Of a stretch of 64,000 nucleotides of DNA, positions 29,394 to 37,832 are shown piece after piece; within the stretch, counting starts at the first letter, position 1; every line of letters starts with the position of its first letter. The notes under the pieces are model-generated. The model made no database searches. It saw only the letters and a list, made by a program, of their open reading frames with translations, and had not been told where the DNA came from. The translations under genes were made by a program, and so were the position numbers. This DNA is from Pseudomonadota bacterium (GTDB lineage Bacteria; Pseudomonadota; Gammaproteobacteria; JAADHS01), in the NCBI GenBank assembly GCA_021821045.1, contig JAKACW010000007.1, positions 25,983 through 89,982 of the forward strand, given 5' to 3'.

Positions 29394-31506
29394 GTTCAAA
29401 CGTGTCCCTGACGAAGAAGGGATTGAGACTTTTTTGCTTGAGCAACGCCTTGCGGGTCGGCGTTCAAACGTGTCCCTGACGAAGAAGGGATTGAGACCTC
29501 ACGGTTTTCGAGTTCATACCGGGAGACGAAGTTCAAACGTGTCCCTGACGAAGAAGGGATTGAGACCTCTGAGCGCGTCCTGTTGGCAAGGTTGCTGGCG
29601 TTCAAACGTGTCCCTGACGAAGAAGGGATTGAGACAGGACGTGGTCGTCTGCGCGGCAAGCGCGCAGGGTTCAAACGTGTCCCTGACGAAGAAGGGATTG
29701 AGACCAAAACGCCTCGTCCCCAAGCAACACAAAGTGGTTCAAACGTGTCCCTGACGAAGAAGGGATTGAGACCCCGGCATTTGCTACCTTGCGGCAGCGC
29801 CTGTTGTTCAAACGTGTCCCTGACGAAGAAGGGATTGAGACCCAGCGCGGCTTGCGCGATGGAAATCTCGCTTGGTTCAAACGTGTCCCTGACGAAGAAG
29901 GGATTGAGACAGGCAGTTGTTGTCACATCAGCCACCCGACAAAGGTTCAAACGTGTCCCTGACGAAGAAGGGATTGAGACGAAAAACGCAGCCCCAACCA
30001 GTCTCCGGCATTTGTTCAAACGTGTCCCTGACGAAGAAGGGATTGAGACGCCCGCGTCGGCCCTCACTCCGGTTAACGGCCGGTTCAAACGTGTCCCTGA
30101 CGAAGAAGGGATTGAGACCAGGGCGGCCTCACGCCCTCTTGTGTCTTCGAGGTTCAAACGTGTCCCTGACGAAGAAGGGATTGAGACGCGTAGCGTCGAG
30201 AGGTCGCGCTTGATCTGTCGGTTCAAACGTGTCCCTGACGAAGAAGGGATTGAGACTATTTTCGCTTGCGCGAGAGCGTTGCCGCTCTGTGTTCAAACGT
30301 GTCCCTGACGAAGAAGGGATTGAGACTAGGGTGTTCGGCGTCGCAAATGTGGACTGGGTGTTCAAACGTGTCCCTGACGAAGAAGGGATTGAGACCGCGA
30401 ATGCAGCGCGAGGGTCAATGTAAGTTGGTTCAAACGTGTCCCTGACGAAGAAGGGATTGAGACTTGATCTCAGAACATGAGGTCGCTGCGGCGTTAGGTT
30501 CAAACGTGTCCCTGACGAAGAAGGGATTGAGACCAGGGCCAATTCACCATCAAAGATGGCTTGAGCGTTCAAACGTGTCCCTGACGAAGAAGGGATTGAG
30601 ACGGAGGGTTCATGCATCGGTGGATCTCCTTTGAAGTTCAAACGTGTCCCTGACGAAGAAGGGATTGAGACGAAGAGGACGAGGCCGGGGGCATCGCAGG
30701 CATTCGTTCAAACGTGTCCCTGACGAAGAAGGGATTGAGACAGCTTCCATCGTTTTATGGAAGCGGCGGATCTAGGTTCAAACGTGTCCCTGACGAAGAA
30801 GGGATTGAGACTTCGAGTACAAAACGGTATGTGGTGTTTTCCAGGTTCAAACGTGTCCCTGACGAAGAAGGGATTGAGACTCGAAGATCCACTCTTTATT
30901 CCTCTTGATAGAGTTCAAACGTGTCCCTGACGAAGAAGGGATTGAGACCCTTCCCCGCCGCCCTGTCCTTCGCCCGACTCTGTTCAAACGTGTCCCTGAC
31001 GAAGAAGGGATTGAGACGTTCACTGGGGGCTAGCCCAGTGAGCCAGTGCGGTTCAAACGTGTCCCTGACGAAGAAGGGATTGAGACATACGAAACGGAGA
31101 CGCCATCGCTGGCTCGAGGGGTTCAAACGTGTCCCTGACGAAGAAGGGATTGAGACGCCAACATACCGCACCGCATCCAGGAACCCTAGAGTTCAAACGT
31201 GTCCCTGACGAAGAAGGGATTGAGACTTGTCCTTCTCGAGCTGCAGCAGGACGCAGTTGGGTTCAAACGTGTCCCTGACGAAGAAGGGATTGAGACACTT
31301 CGGCTTCGGCCTCGAAGGGTGTCTCCGAGGGTTCAAACGTGTCCCTGACGAAGAAGGGATTGAGACTCACAAACAAGGTCGTAGAACGCAGTTTTGCGGG
31401 TTCAAACGTGTCCCTGACGAAGAAGGGATTGAGACTGGTCCGTCGGGACTCCGCAACGATCTCAAAGATGTTCAAACGTGTCCCTGAAAAAAAGGCGACA
31501 AACATT
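29394..31506 (+). CRISPR. CRISPR array: 31 direct repeats (30 intact of 36 bp plus 1 degenerate terminal) and 30 spacers of 32-35 bp
   Basis: Repeat GTTCAAACGTGTCCCTGACGAAGAAGGGATTGAGAC at 29394, 29462, 29531, 29600 ... 31400. Terminal degenerate copy at 31471 (GTTCAAACGTGTCCCTGAaaaaaaggcgacaaacat). AT-rich leader 29331-29393 on the cas2 side. Repeat 3' end ATTGAGAC resembles the type III 8-nt crRNA tag. Confidence 0.97.
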
Positions 31507-31523
31507 CGCGTCCCGCTCCCATC

Positions 31524-31537
31524 TCGCAAGCTTGCGA
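31524..31537. promoter_or_regulatory. Palindrome TCGCAAGCTTGCGA immediately after the degenerate terminal repeat; candidate operator
   Basis: Seen directly; mirrors the site at 29134-29149. Confidence 0.3.
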
Positions 31538-31639
31538 ATGCTCGCGCATGAACCGCTTGTTTTATGCTTGGAGCAGAGCGAGCCGTGGCGGCCGCTTCGA
31601 GCCGGGTACGCACCGCGGCCGGTTAAGGGAAAAGAAACT

Positions 31640-31897
31640 ATGCTTCGTTGCGGCAACTCAATCCGTCTCACCGGCCCCGAATTGGCGGGCCTGGCCAAAA
31701 TCGCCGGCGTTTACCCGGAGAAGATCAACTCGCTCAATGATCTCAGGCGGTTTATTAACCGTCGGCTGCGCGTCTACTGCGGGCCTTCGCCGGAAGAGCG
31801 ATTGTTGCGTGCGCTGCTCATCGAGGAACTGAATCGGTATCGGGATCCGGGCGGCAGGGTGCCGGCCCCACAGTGCGTGGAAAAGGACCACTCATGA
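31640..31897 (+). CDS. Hypothetical small protein (about 85 aa, from MLRCGNSIRLTG)
   Basis: ORF downstream of the array. No family recognised. Confidence 0.2.
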   Translation: MLRCGNSIRLTGPELAGLAKIAGVYPEKINSLNDLRRFINRRLRVYCGPSPEERLLRALLIEELNRYRDPGGRVPAPQCVEKDHS

Positions 31898-32178
31898 ACG
31901 GCTATGACATCATCGGCGACATACACGGCCACGGCGCCGAGGACCAGCGCGGGGTGCTTGCCATCGTGCGGCCTGTGGTGAATTGTGGAAGCGCGCTTGC
32001 GGTGATGGGAAATCACGAATTCAATGCCGTGTGTTTTCACACTCGCCATCCCGAATCCGGCCGCCCTCTGCGCGACCATACGCCAAAGAACCTGACGCAG
32101 CATCAAAGCTTCTTACAACAGTTTCCTCATCCCGCTCGGGATTTATACCCAGAACTTTTCGGACATCCGCCAGGGTGA
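31894..32178 (+). pseudogene. Truncated calcineurin-like metallophosphoesterase (ApaH/PrpE-like) N-terminal fragment
   Basis: MNGYDIIGDIHGHG...VMGNHEFN has GDxHG and GNHE motifs. It lacks the GDxxDRG motif and stops after ~95 aa, where full-length enzymes are about 220-250 aa. Confidence 0.45.
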
Positions 32179-33703
32179 CGCGCCCCGCGCCGACATTGCC
32201 TTCGCCATCCCTTGCTTGCCGCAACATGACTGCCCGCGCGAGGGCTTCACTCAGTTTGCGCATGTCGCGCGCGTTTCCCGACCTTGGGTCGCGCCTGTTG
32301 TAAAGGCTCTGAATATGTCGTTCGAGCGGTGCCCGCCCGCTCTTCTGCAGCGCAATCCCCTCCGCGTCAAGGTCCGCCTCGAGAATAGCCATTAACTGCG
32401 CCGGTGCGTAATCGGAAAACGCCTCGTGTTCAGTGAATCGCGATCTCAGGCCGGGATTGGCTTCGACGAACTTCGCCATGTTCTCCGTGTAACCCGCGGC
32501 CACCACCACGAACTGGCCGCGGCAGTCCTCCATTTTTTTGAGCAGCGTCTCAATTGCCTCGGGCCCAAAGTCCCATGGGGCATCCTTCACCAAGGCGTAG
32601 GCTTCGTCGATAAATAGCACTCCGCCCATGGCGCGCTCGATGGCATCGGCGGTATTCAATGCCGTTTGCCCCACGAAGCCTGCAACAAGCTTGCTGCGAT
32701 CGACTTCGTGAAGATGACCGCGCTCGAGCAGACCGAGCGCGCCGTAGATATTCGCCAGAATCCGCGCGACCGTGGTCTTGCCCGTACCGGGATTCCCGGA
32801 GAAAACCCAATGGTGAACCAGCCTTTTCAAGTAATCCGGATTGTGGCGACGCGCATAACGAACCAGTTCGATGGTCTCATGGATCTTCTGCTTGAACGAA
32901 TCCAGGCCCACCATTGCATTCAATTCGTCCATAGCCTCTTTTAGTCGGGGCTCGTCGATGGGCGCCTGCCAGTATTTGGGCTCGTGCTCGTCACGGACAG
33001 CGATGATGTCCTGCGCTACGATTTGGGATAGTTGCGTGACGCGCTCTCGTTCGGGCAAGTCCATGCATCGAGTGCTGTGCATTATGATCGCCCTTTCGAT
33101 CAACAGCCGGGCATAACGACCGTTAGCGTGGAGGCGGTCTCGCGCGCGATACGCGTCGTTGAAGTTCTGCTCGAGCTCGGAAACGGCGCCATCGCTCAAT
33201 ACAAAATCCTGTTGGGCAGCAATCGCTCGCGCGATCTTCACCATATCCTCGGGCGTGTAATCGTCGAACGTCATGTCAAACCCAAAACGCCCCTTCAAGC
33301 CCGGATTCGATTCCAGGAACGCATTCATTTCGGCAGTGTAGCCCGCGCAAATCACTACCAATCGATCACGGCGGTTTTCCATTTCCTGAACCAGTACGTC
33401 AACCACCTGCTTGCCGTAGTCGACGCCGTTGTTGGAGTTCAGCGCATAGGCTTCGTCAATAAATAGCACGCCGTCCATTGCCTGCTCGATAGCGGACTTG
33501 ATCTTTTCCTCTGTGCCGCCGACGTTCACGCTCACCAGTTCGGCGCGGCCGACTTCCACGACATGACCCCGCTTGAGCAGGCCCAGATCACGCAAAATGG
33601 GACCGACCAGCCGAGCGACCGTGGTCTTTCCCGTACCGGGGTTGCCTTTGAACACGCAGTGTAGATTGAGCGAGGTCTCCCTCAGGTTGCGCCGCTTGCG
33701 CAT
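32021..33703 (-). CDS. Tandem AAA+ ATPase (two CbbX/SpoVK-family modules). As sequenced it is separated by a frameshift from its N-terminal membrane domain.
   Basis: Two copies of GNPGTGKTTVAR (Walker A), GVLFIDEAYAL (Walker B), CAGY/AAGYT and NPGLKGRF/NPGLRSRF modules. 560 aa. Confidence 0.8.
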   Translation of the reverse strand: MRKRRNLRETSLNLHCVFKGNPGTGKTTVARLVGPILRDLGLLKRGHVVEVGRAELVSVNVGGTEEKIKSAIEQAMDGVLFIDEAYALNSNNGVDYGKQVVDVLVQEMENRRDRLVVICAGYTAEMNAFLESNPGLKGRFGFDMTFDDYTPEDMVKIARAIAAQQDFVLSDGAVSELEQNFNDAYRARDRLHANGRYARLLIERAIIMHSTRCMDLPERERVTQLSQIVAQDIIAVRDEHEPKYWQAPIDEPRLKEAMDELNAMVGLDSFKQKIHETIELVRYARRHNPDYLKRLVHHWVFSGNPGTGKTTVARILANIYGALGLLERGHLHEVDRSKLVAGFVGQTALNTADAIERAMGGVLFIDEAYALVKDAPWDFGPEAIETLLKKMEDCRGQFVVVAAGYTENMAKFVEANPGLRSRFTEHEAFSDYAPAQLMAILEADLDAEGIALQKSGRAPLERHIQSLYNRRDPRSGNARDMRKLSEALARAVMLRQARDGEGNVGAGRVTLADVRKVLGINPERDEETVVRSFDAASGSLAYGRAEGGRIRDGECENTRH

Positions 33704-34366
33704 GTCGGCAACACGAGCACGATTGTATAGGTTGTTTTGACGGACTCTATTCCGATGAGCGCCTCCAGCCGCGCCATTGCTTCCTTGCCGTCCATGGTCG
33801 GCGTGTTTGGCACGGGTTCGGCTTTGGCGGCAGAGGCCGGCTGTTCGACCGGCATTGGCTGCGAACGCATCTCAGCCTGCGGCAAATAGGTGCGACGGGC
33901 GGCTTGAAAGGCCATCCGCTCGCGCTCATTCTTGATGTGCCTCCACGAGATCCACCCGATAATGAGCGCAATAAGAACGGTCTCCGTGTTGGCGAAGAAC
34001 ATCACGATAGAGAAGACCAGAGCCGCCCAAGCAACCCAATAGCTCAAGCCGGGCGAGAAGGCCGGATCGCTCCGGCGAAGCAAACGCACCATCCCCGCGA
34101 GTTTCTCAAGCATCAGCAGAACCAGCCAACCCACGGCCCACACCAAGCCGACGCGCAAACCCAGCAAGTAACTCACCGTTAACTCCATACCCGCCGCGGC
34201 CCGTACACGCTCTTGTAGAACAGCCGGATCGGGAACAAGGTAAAGCAAGGCGAACGTTCCCAGCACGAAGGCTGCAAGATTCCTCCCGACGAAGTCGAGA
34301 ACGGCTTTTACGCGAGGCGTTGACACGTAAGGATTCTCCTTTGCTGGGTGACCGAGTGAAGGGCGC
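33682..34366 (-). CDS. N-terminal membrane segment (about 4 TM helices) of the same AAA+ protein, out of frame with it
   Basis: Translation MRPSLGHPAKENPYVSTPRVKAVLDFVGRNLAAFVLGTFALLYLV... ends ...EAMARLEALIGIESVK. This aligns with EAMDELNAMVGLDSFKQK preceding the second AAA module. Frame restores with +1 A in the A4 run of gtcAAAAcaacc (by codon walk, about 33700-33715). Confidence 0.5.
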
Positions 34367-34396
34367 ATTACATCACGGCCGGGGCGACTCGCTGCG

Positions 34397-34412
34397 ATTC
34401 GAAAGCTTGTGA
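34397..34412. promoter_or_regulatory. TTCGAAAGCTTGTGAA palindrome-like motif. With CAAGCTTG copies at 34476-34483 and 34519-34526 it lies in the divergent promoter region between the membrane-AAA+ gene and csx16.
   Basis: Seen directly. Confidence 0.3.
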
Positions 34413-34590
34413 ACCGCGATCCCGTGAAGCCTTCACGACTATTAAAGCCGACACAACCGCCACCGCGGGGATTAACAAGCTTGCATGACGCCCGCCAGGA
34501 ATCGCTCGGGGCGATCGGCAAGCTTGTGGAGGGTCAATGATTCTCCAGAAAATCCCATAATGGTTTCTCAACACGTGCCAGGGAGGAACC

Positions 34591-34965
34591 ATGACTGTAT
34601 TTTTCGTATCCAGACATAAGGGTGCCGTGGGGTGGTCGGCGCAACACGGGCTACGCGTCGACACGCTAGTGGACCATTTGGATCCGCAGGAAGTCCATGA
34701 GGGCGATACGGTGATCGGTTCGTTGCCATTGCATCTGATCGCGAAGGTCTGCGAGCGCGGCGCCCGCTTCCTTCATTTGGCCATCGACATTCCCGCTCAG
34801 TGGCGCGGGCAAGAACTCACGGCGGAGCAGCTTAGTCAGGCGGACGCGCGGCTGGAGGAATATGTGGTACGCAGAATCGGAAAGAATCGCGGTAGGAAAC
34901 CGCTCCCACAACGAACTGAGCTTCCCTTGTGGGAGCGGATCATTCCGCGATTGAATCGGCAGTAG
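34591..34965 (+). CDS. csx16: Csx16-like (Cas_VVA1548 family-like) small CRISPR-associated protein; candidate ring nuclease
   Basis: N-terminus MTVFFVSRHKGAVGWSAQHGLRVDTLVDHLD resembles the FxSRHxGAxxW start I recall for Csx16. The last ~28 codons are supplied by REP repeat sequence starting at 34878. Confidence 0.45.
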   Translation: MTVFFVSRHKGAVGWSAQHGLRVDTLVDHLDPQEVHEGDTVIGSLPLHLIAKVCERGARFLHLAIDIPAQWRGQELTAEQLSQADARLEEYVVRRIGKNRGRKPLPQRTELPLWERIIPRLNRQ

Positions 34966-35110
34966 CGCCAAGTCAGGAGAGAATCGCGGTAGGAAACCGC
35001 TCCCACAACCAACTGGGCTCCCCCCGTGGGAGCGGATCATTCCGCGATTGAATCGGCAGTAGCGCCAAGTCAGGAGAGAATCGCGGTAGGAAACCGCTCC
35101 CACGACATTG
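34878..35110. repeat. Cluster of REP-like elements including a tandem duplication of a ~95-bp composite unit
   Basis: gaatcgcggtaggaaaccgctcccacaa...gtgggagcggatcattccgcgattgaatcggcagtagcgccaagtcaggagagaatcgcggtaggaaaccgctcccacaaccaactgggctccccccgtgggagcgg... repeated twice. Confidence 0.85.
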
Positions 35111-35132
35111 CGCCGTCCACAGAGACACCGCT

Positions 35133-36527
35133 CTACTTGCGGGCGACGAATTTTTTCAGGCGCTTGCGCTTTTGGATTTGGCGCTTGGTGAGGACGTTCT
35201 TGCGACCCTTGTACGGATTCTCGCTGGTGCGAAACTCCACACGCACCGGCGTGCCGTAGAGCTTGAATGCTTCGCGAAAGACATTGCCGAGGTAGCGGGC
35301 GTACGGCGCCGGCACCAGCGCGGTTTGGTTGCCGTGGATCACGATCAACGGCGGCATGCTGCCGCCTTGGTGAGCGTAGCGCAATTTGATGCGCCGTCCG
35401 CGCACTAATGGCGGCTGGTGCTGCACCATGGCGGCTTCCAGAACCCGATTCAACTCCGGCGTCGTGAACTTGCGCGTCGCCGCCGCGTAGGCGGAATCGA
35501 TCGACGAGTACAACTCACCGACGCCCGTGCCGTGCAAGGCCGAAATGTAATGCACCTTGGCGAAATCCAAGAAATCCAGCTTGCGATCCACGTCGTTGCG
35601 CGCGTGCTGGCGCTGGTCGGGCGTGAGGCCGTCCCATTTGTTGAGCGCGATTACCACGGCGCGACCGCTGTCGAGCACCATGCCCGCCAAGTTCAAATCC
35701 TGATCGGTAACGCCTTCCCGCGCGTCGAGCACGAGCACGACGACATGGGCGGCTTCGATGGCTTGAATGGTTTTCGCGACGCTGAACTTCTCCACCACGT
35801 CATCGATCTTGCCGCGACGGCGCACGCCGGCGGTGTCAATGATTACGTAGGGCCGTTCATCGCGAGTGAAGTTGATGGCGATACTGTCGCGGGTGGTTCC
35901 CGGCTTGTCGAACACCAACACCCGCTCTTCGCCGAGAATCCGATTCACCAGTGTCGACTTGCCGACATTGGGTCGGCCGACCACCGCGAAACGCAGCGCG
36001 TCCGGTTGGGCATCGGCGACAATGTCTTCACCCGGCGGCGGCAGCGAACGCGCCACCGCCTCGGACAACTGATCGACACCCTTACCCGCAGTGGCGGCGA
36101 TAGCGATCACATCGCTGAAACCCAGGGTGAGGAAATCGCTGATGGCTTCGACGTTGTTCAGATGCTCCGTTTTGTTCACCGCCAGAAAACACGGTTTGCC
36201 CGAACGACGGATCATCTGAGCAATCGTCTCGTCCGCGGCAGTCATCCCGGCTTGACCGTCGACGAGAAATACAATGGCACTTGCCTCGGCCATGGCGCGT
36301 TGCGCCTGCGCGGTCATGAGATCCTGGAAATCATCCTCGGCGTCCGCCAACCCGCCCGTATCCACCACGATGCAGGGTCGCCCGCCAAGTTGCGCGCGGC
36401 CGTAAATTCGATCGCGGGTCAGGCCGGGGCGATCGTACACCAACGCATCGCGAGAGCCCGTCAGGCGGTTGAACAGCGTGGATTTGCCGACATTAGGACG
36501 GCCGATGAGCGCGACAACAGGGAGCAT
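35133..36527 (-). CDS. der: Ribosome-associated GTPase Der (EngA)
   Basis: Two GTPase domains (GRPNVGKSTL twice) and a KH-like C-terminus. 464 aa. Confidence 0.95.
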   Translation of the reverse strand: MLPVVALIGRPNVGKSTLFNRLTGSRDALVYDRPGLTRDRIYGRAQLGGRPCIVVDTGGLADAEDDFQDLMTAQAQRAMAEASAIVFLVDGQAGMTAADETIAQMIRRSGKPCFLAVNKTEHLNNVEAISDFLTLGFSDVIAIAATAGKGVDQLSEAVARSLPPPGEDIVADAQPDALRFAVVGRPNVGKSTLVNRILGEERVLVFDKPGTTRDSIAINFTRDERPYVIIDTAGVRRRGKIDDVVEKFSVAKTIQAIEAAHVVVLVLDAREGVTDQDLNLAGMVLDSGRAVVIALNKWDGLTPDQRQHARNDVDRKLDFLDFAKVHYISALHGTGVGELYSSIDSAYAAATRKFTTPELNRVLEAAMVQHQPPLVRGRRIKLRYAHQGGSMPPLIVIHGNQTALVPAPYARYLGNVFREAFKLYGTPVRVEFRTSENPYKGRKNVLTKRQIQKRKRLKKFVARK

Positions 36528-37685
36528 CTAAATGTCATCCAGAGTTAGCGCATCGACCACGCCGGCGCCGCTGACCAACAGCACTTTGCCGGCCGCCACC
36601 TGCGGTTGATACACCACGGGTGCCTGGTCGATGCGCAGGCGATGCAGCACATGGCCGTCGACGGCGTCGATCCAATGAACGAAACCGGCGCCGTCGCCGA
36701 CCACCACATAGTCGCCGCTTATTGCGGGCGCGGTGACTTCGCGACCGGTTAGCGCGACCTGGCGCCAAATCACTTGCCCGTTGGACCGGTTGAGCGCCCA
36801 CAACGCGCCGTCGTCCGCGGTGACATACAGCGTGCCATCGCGAACCGCCAAACCTCGTGTGGACGCGATATCCCGGCTCCAGAGTGTACGGCCCGTTTGC
36901 AGGCTGACCGCCAGCACCCGGCCCTGAAACGCCGCTGCGTAAACCACGTCATCGACAACCAGCGGTGTGGCGTCGACGTCCACCATGCGATCCAATTCGG
37001 AACGGCCCTTGGGCACCGCGACTTCGACCCGCCAGCGCTCTTTGCCGTCGAATAAGTTCAAGCCGACCAATTTGCCATTGGCCAACCCCAGCACAACTTT
37101 GTCCTCGGCGATGCGCGGCGCCGCGGAACCGCGCAACGTCAGCAGCGGCACGCTGCTGTCATAACGCCACAATTCGCGCCCGCTCGCCGCGTCGAAGCCA
37201 AATACTTTTCCGTCGTTGGATTGCACGACCACGACGTCCTGCGACGCCTGCGGCGGCGCCAACACTTCGCTGCTCACCTTGGCTTGCCATACTGTGGCCC
37301 CGGTCACCCGATCCAATGCTAGGACATCGCCCTTGAATGTGCCGATGAACAATCGCTCCGCGTCGACGCCGACGCCCGCGCTGATGGGCATACCGGTGTC
37401 GATGCGCCAAAGGATTTTCCCGTTGTCAACGTCATAACAAACAATCACGCCGAAGCTGTCTGTCCAGATGACTTGCTTGTCCGCGACATGCAATGGCAGC
37501 GCGCCACGACGGTCGTCGAAATGATTGGGGTGAAGCCGCAACCAAGCTCGCGACACGGGCAAATCGGTTTCCAGCGGCGGCAATGGTGGGAACGGCTCGC
37601 TGGGCAGGGTGGAACAGCCCGCGACAACGACGACCGCGCCAACAAACGCGCCGACGATTAACTTGTTAAGGCCTATTGCCTGCAT
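36528..37685 (-). CDS. bamB: Outer membrane protein assembly factor BamB
   Basis: Lipoprotein signal (VVVVAGCS). Repeated PQQ-like beta-propeller motifs (ALDRVTGATVWQ, FDAASGRELWRY, ALNRSNGQVIWRQ). Start taken at MQAIG. Confidence 0.85.
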   Translation of the reverse strand: MQAIGLNKLIVGAFVGAVVVVAGCSTLPSEPFPPLPPLETDLPVSRAWLRLHPNHFDDRRGALPLHVADKQVIWTDSFGVIVCYDVDNGKILWRIDTGMPISAGVGVDAERLFIGTFKGDVLALDRVTGATVWQAKVSSEVLAPPQASQDVVVVQSNDGKVFGFDAASGRELWRYDSSVPLLTLRGSAAPRIAEDKVVLGLANGKLVGLNLFDGKERWRVEVAVPKGRSELDRMVDVDATPLVVDDVVYAAAFQGRVLAVSLQTGRTLWSRDIASTRGLAVRDGTLYVTADDGALWALNRSNGQVIWRQVALTGREVTAPAISGDYVVVGDGAGFVHWIDAVDGHVLHRLRIDQAPVVYQPQVAAGKVLLVSGAGVVDALTLDDI

Positions 37686-37744
37686 AACGATTTCCAGAAA
37701 CGCACCATCGCGAAACGACGCTGTGGCATTCTCGTTGTGGGAGC

Positions 37745-37826
37745 GGTTTCCTACCGCGATTCTTCGTCCGATTCGTTTACAAAGCCAAGTCGATCGCGGA
37801 ATCATCCGCTCCCACATTGGTTGGCG
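37745..37826. repeat. REP-like inverted-repeat element
   Basis: tgtgggagcggtttcctaccgcgatt ... atcgcggaatcatccgctcccaca. Confidence 0.8.
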
Positions 37827-37832
37827 ATTACC

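Noticed and set aside
29396-31613. Many ORF-track 'proteins' with repeating VSIPSSSGTRLN / SNVSLTKKGLR / FKRVPDEEGIET peptides
   Set aside because: They are translations of the 36-bp CRISPR repeats in different frames, not genes.
35418-36548. 376-aa + strand ORF antisense to der
   Set aside because: Antisense artefact. der on the minus strand is highly conserved.
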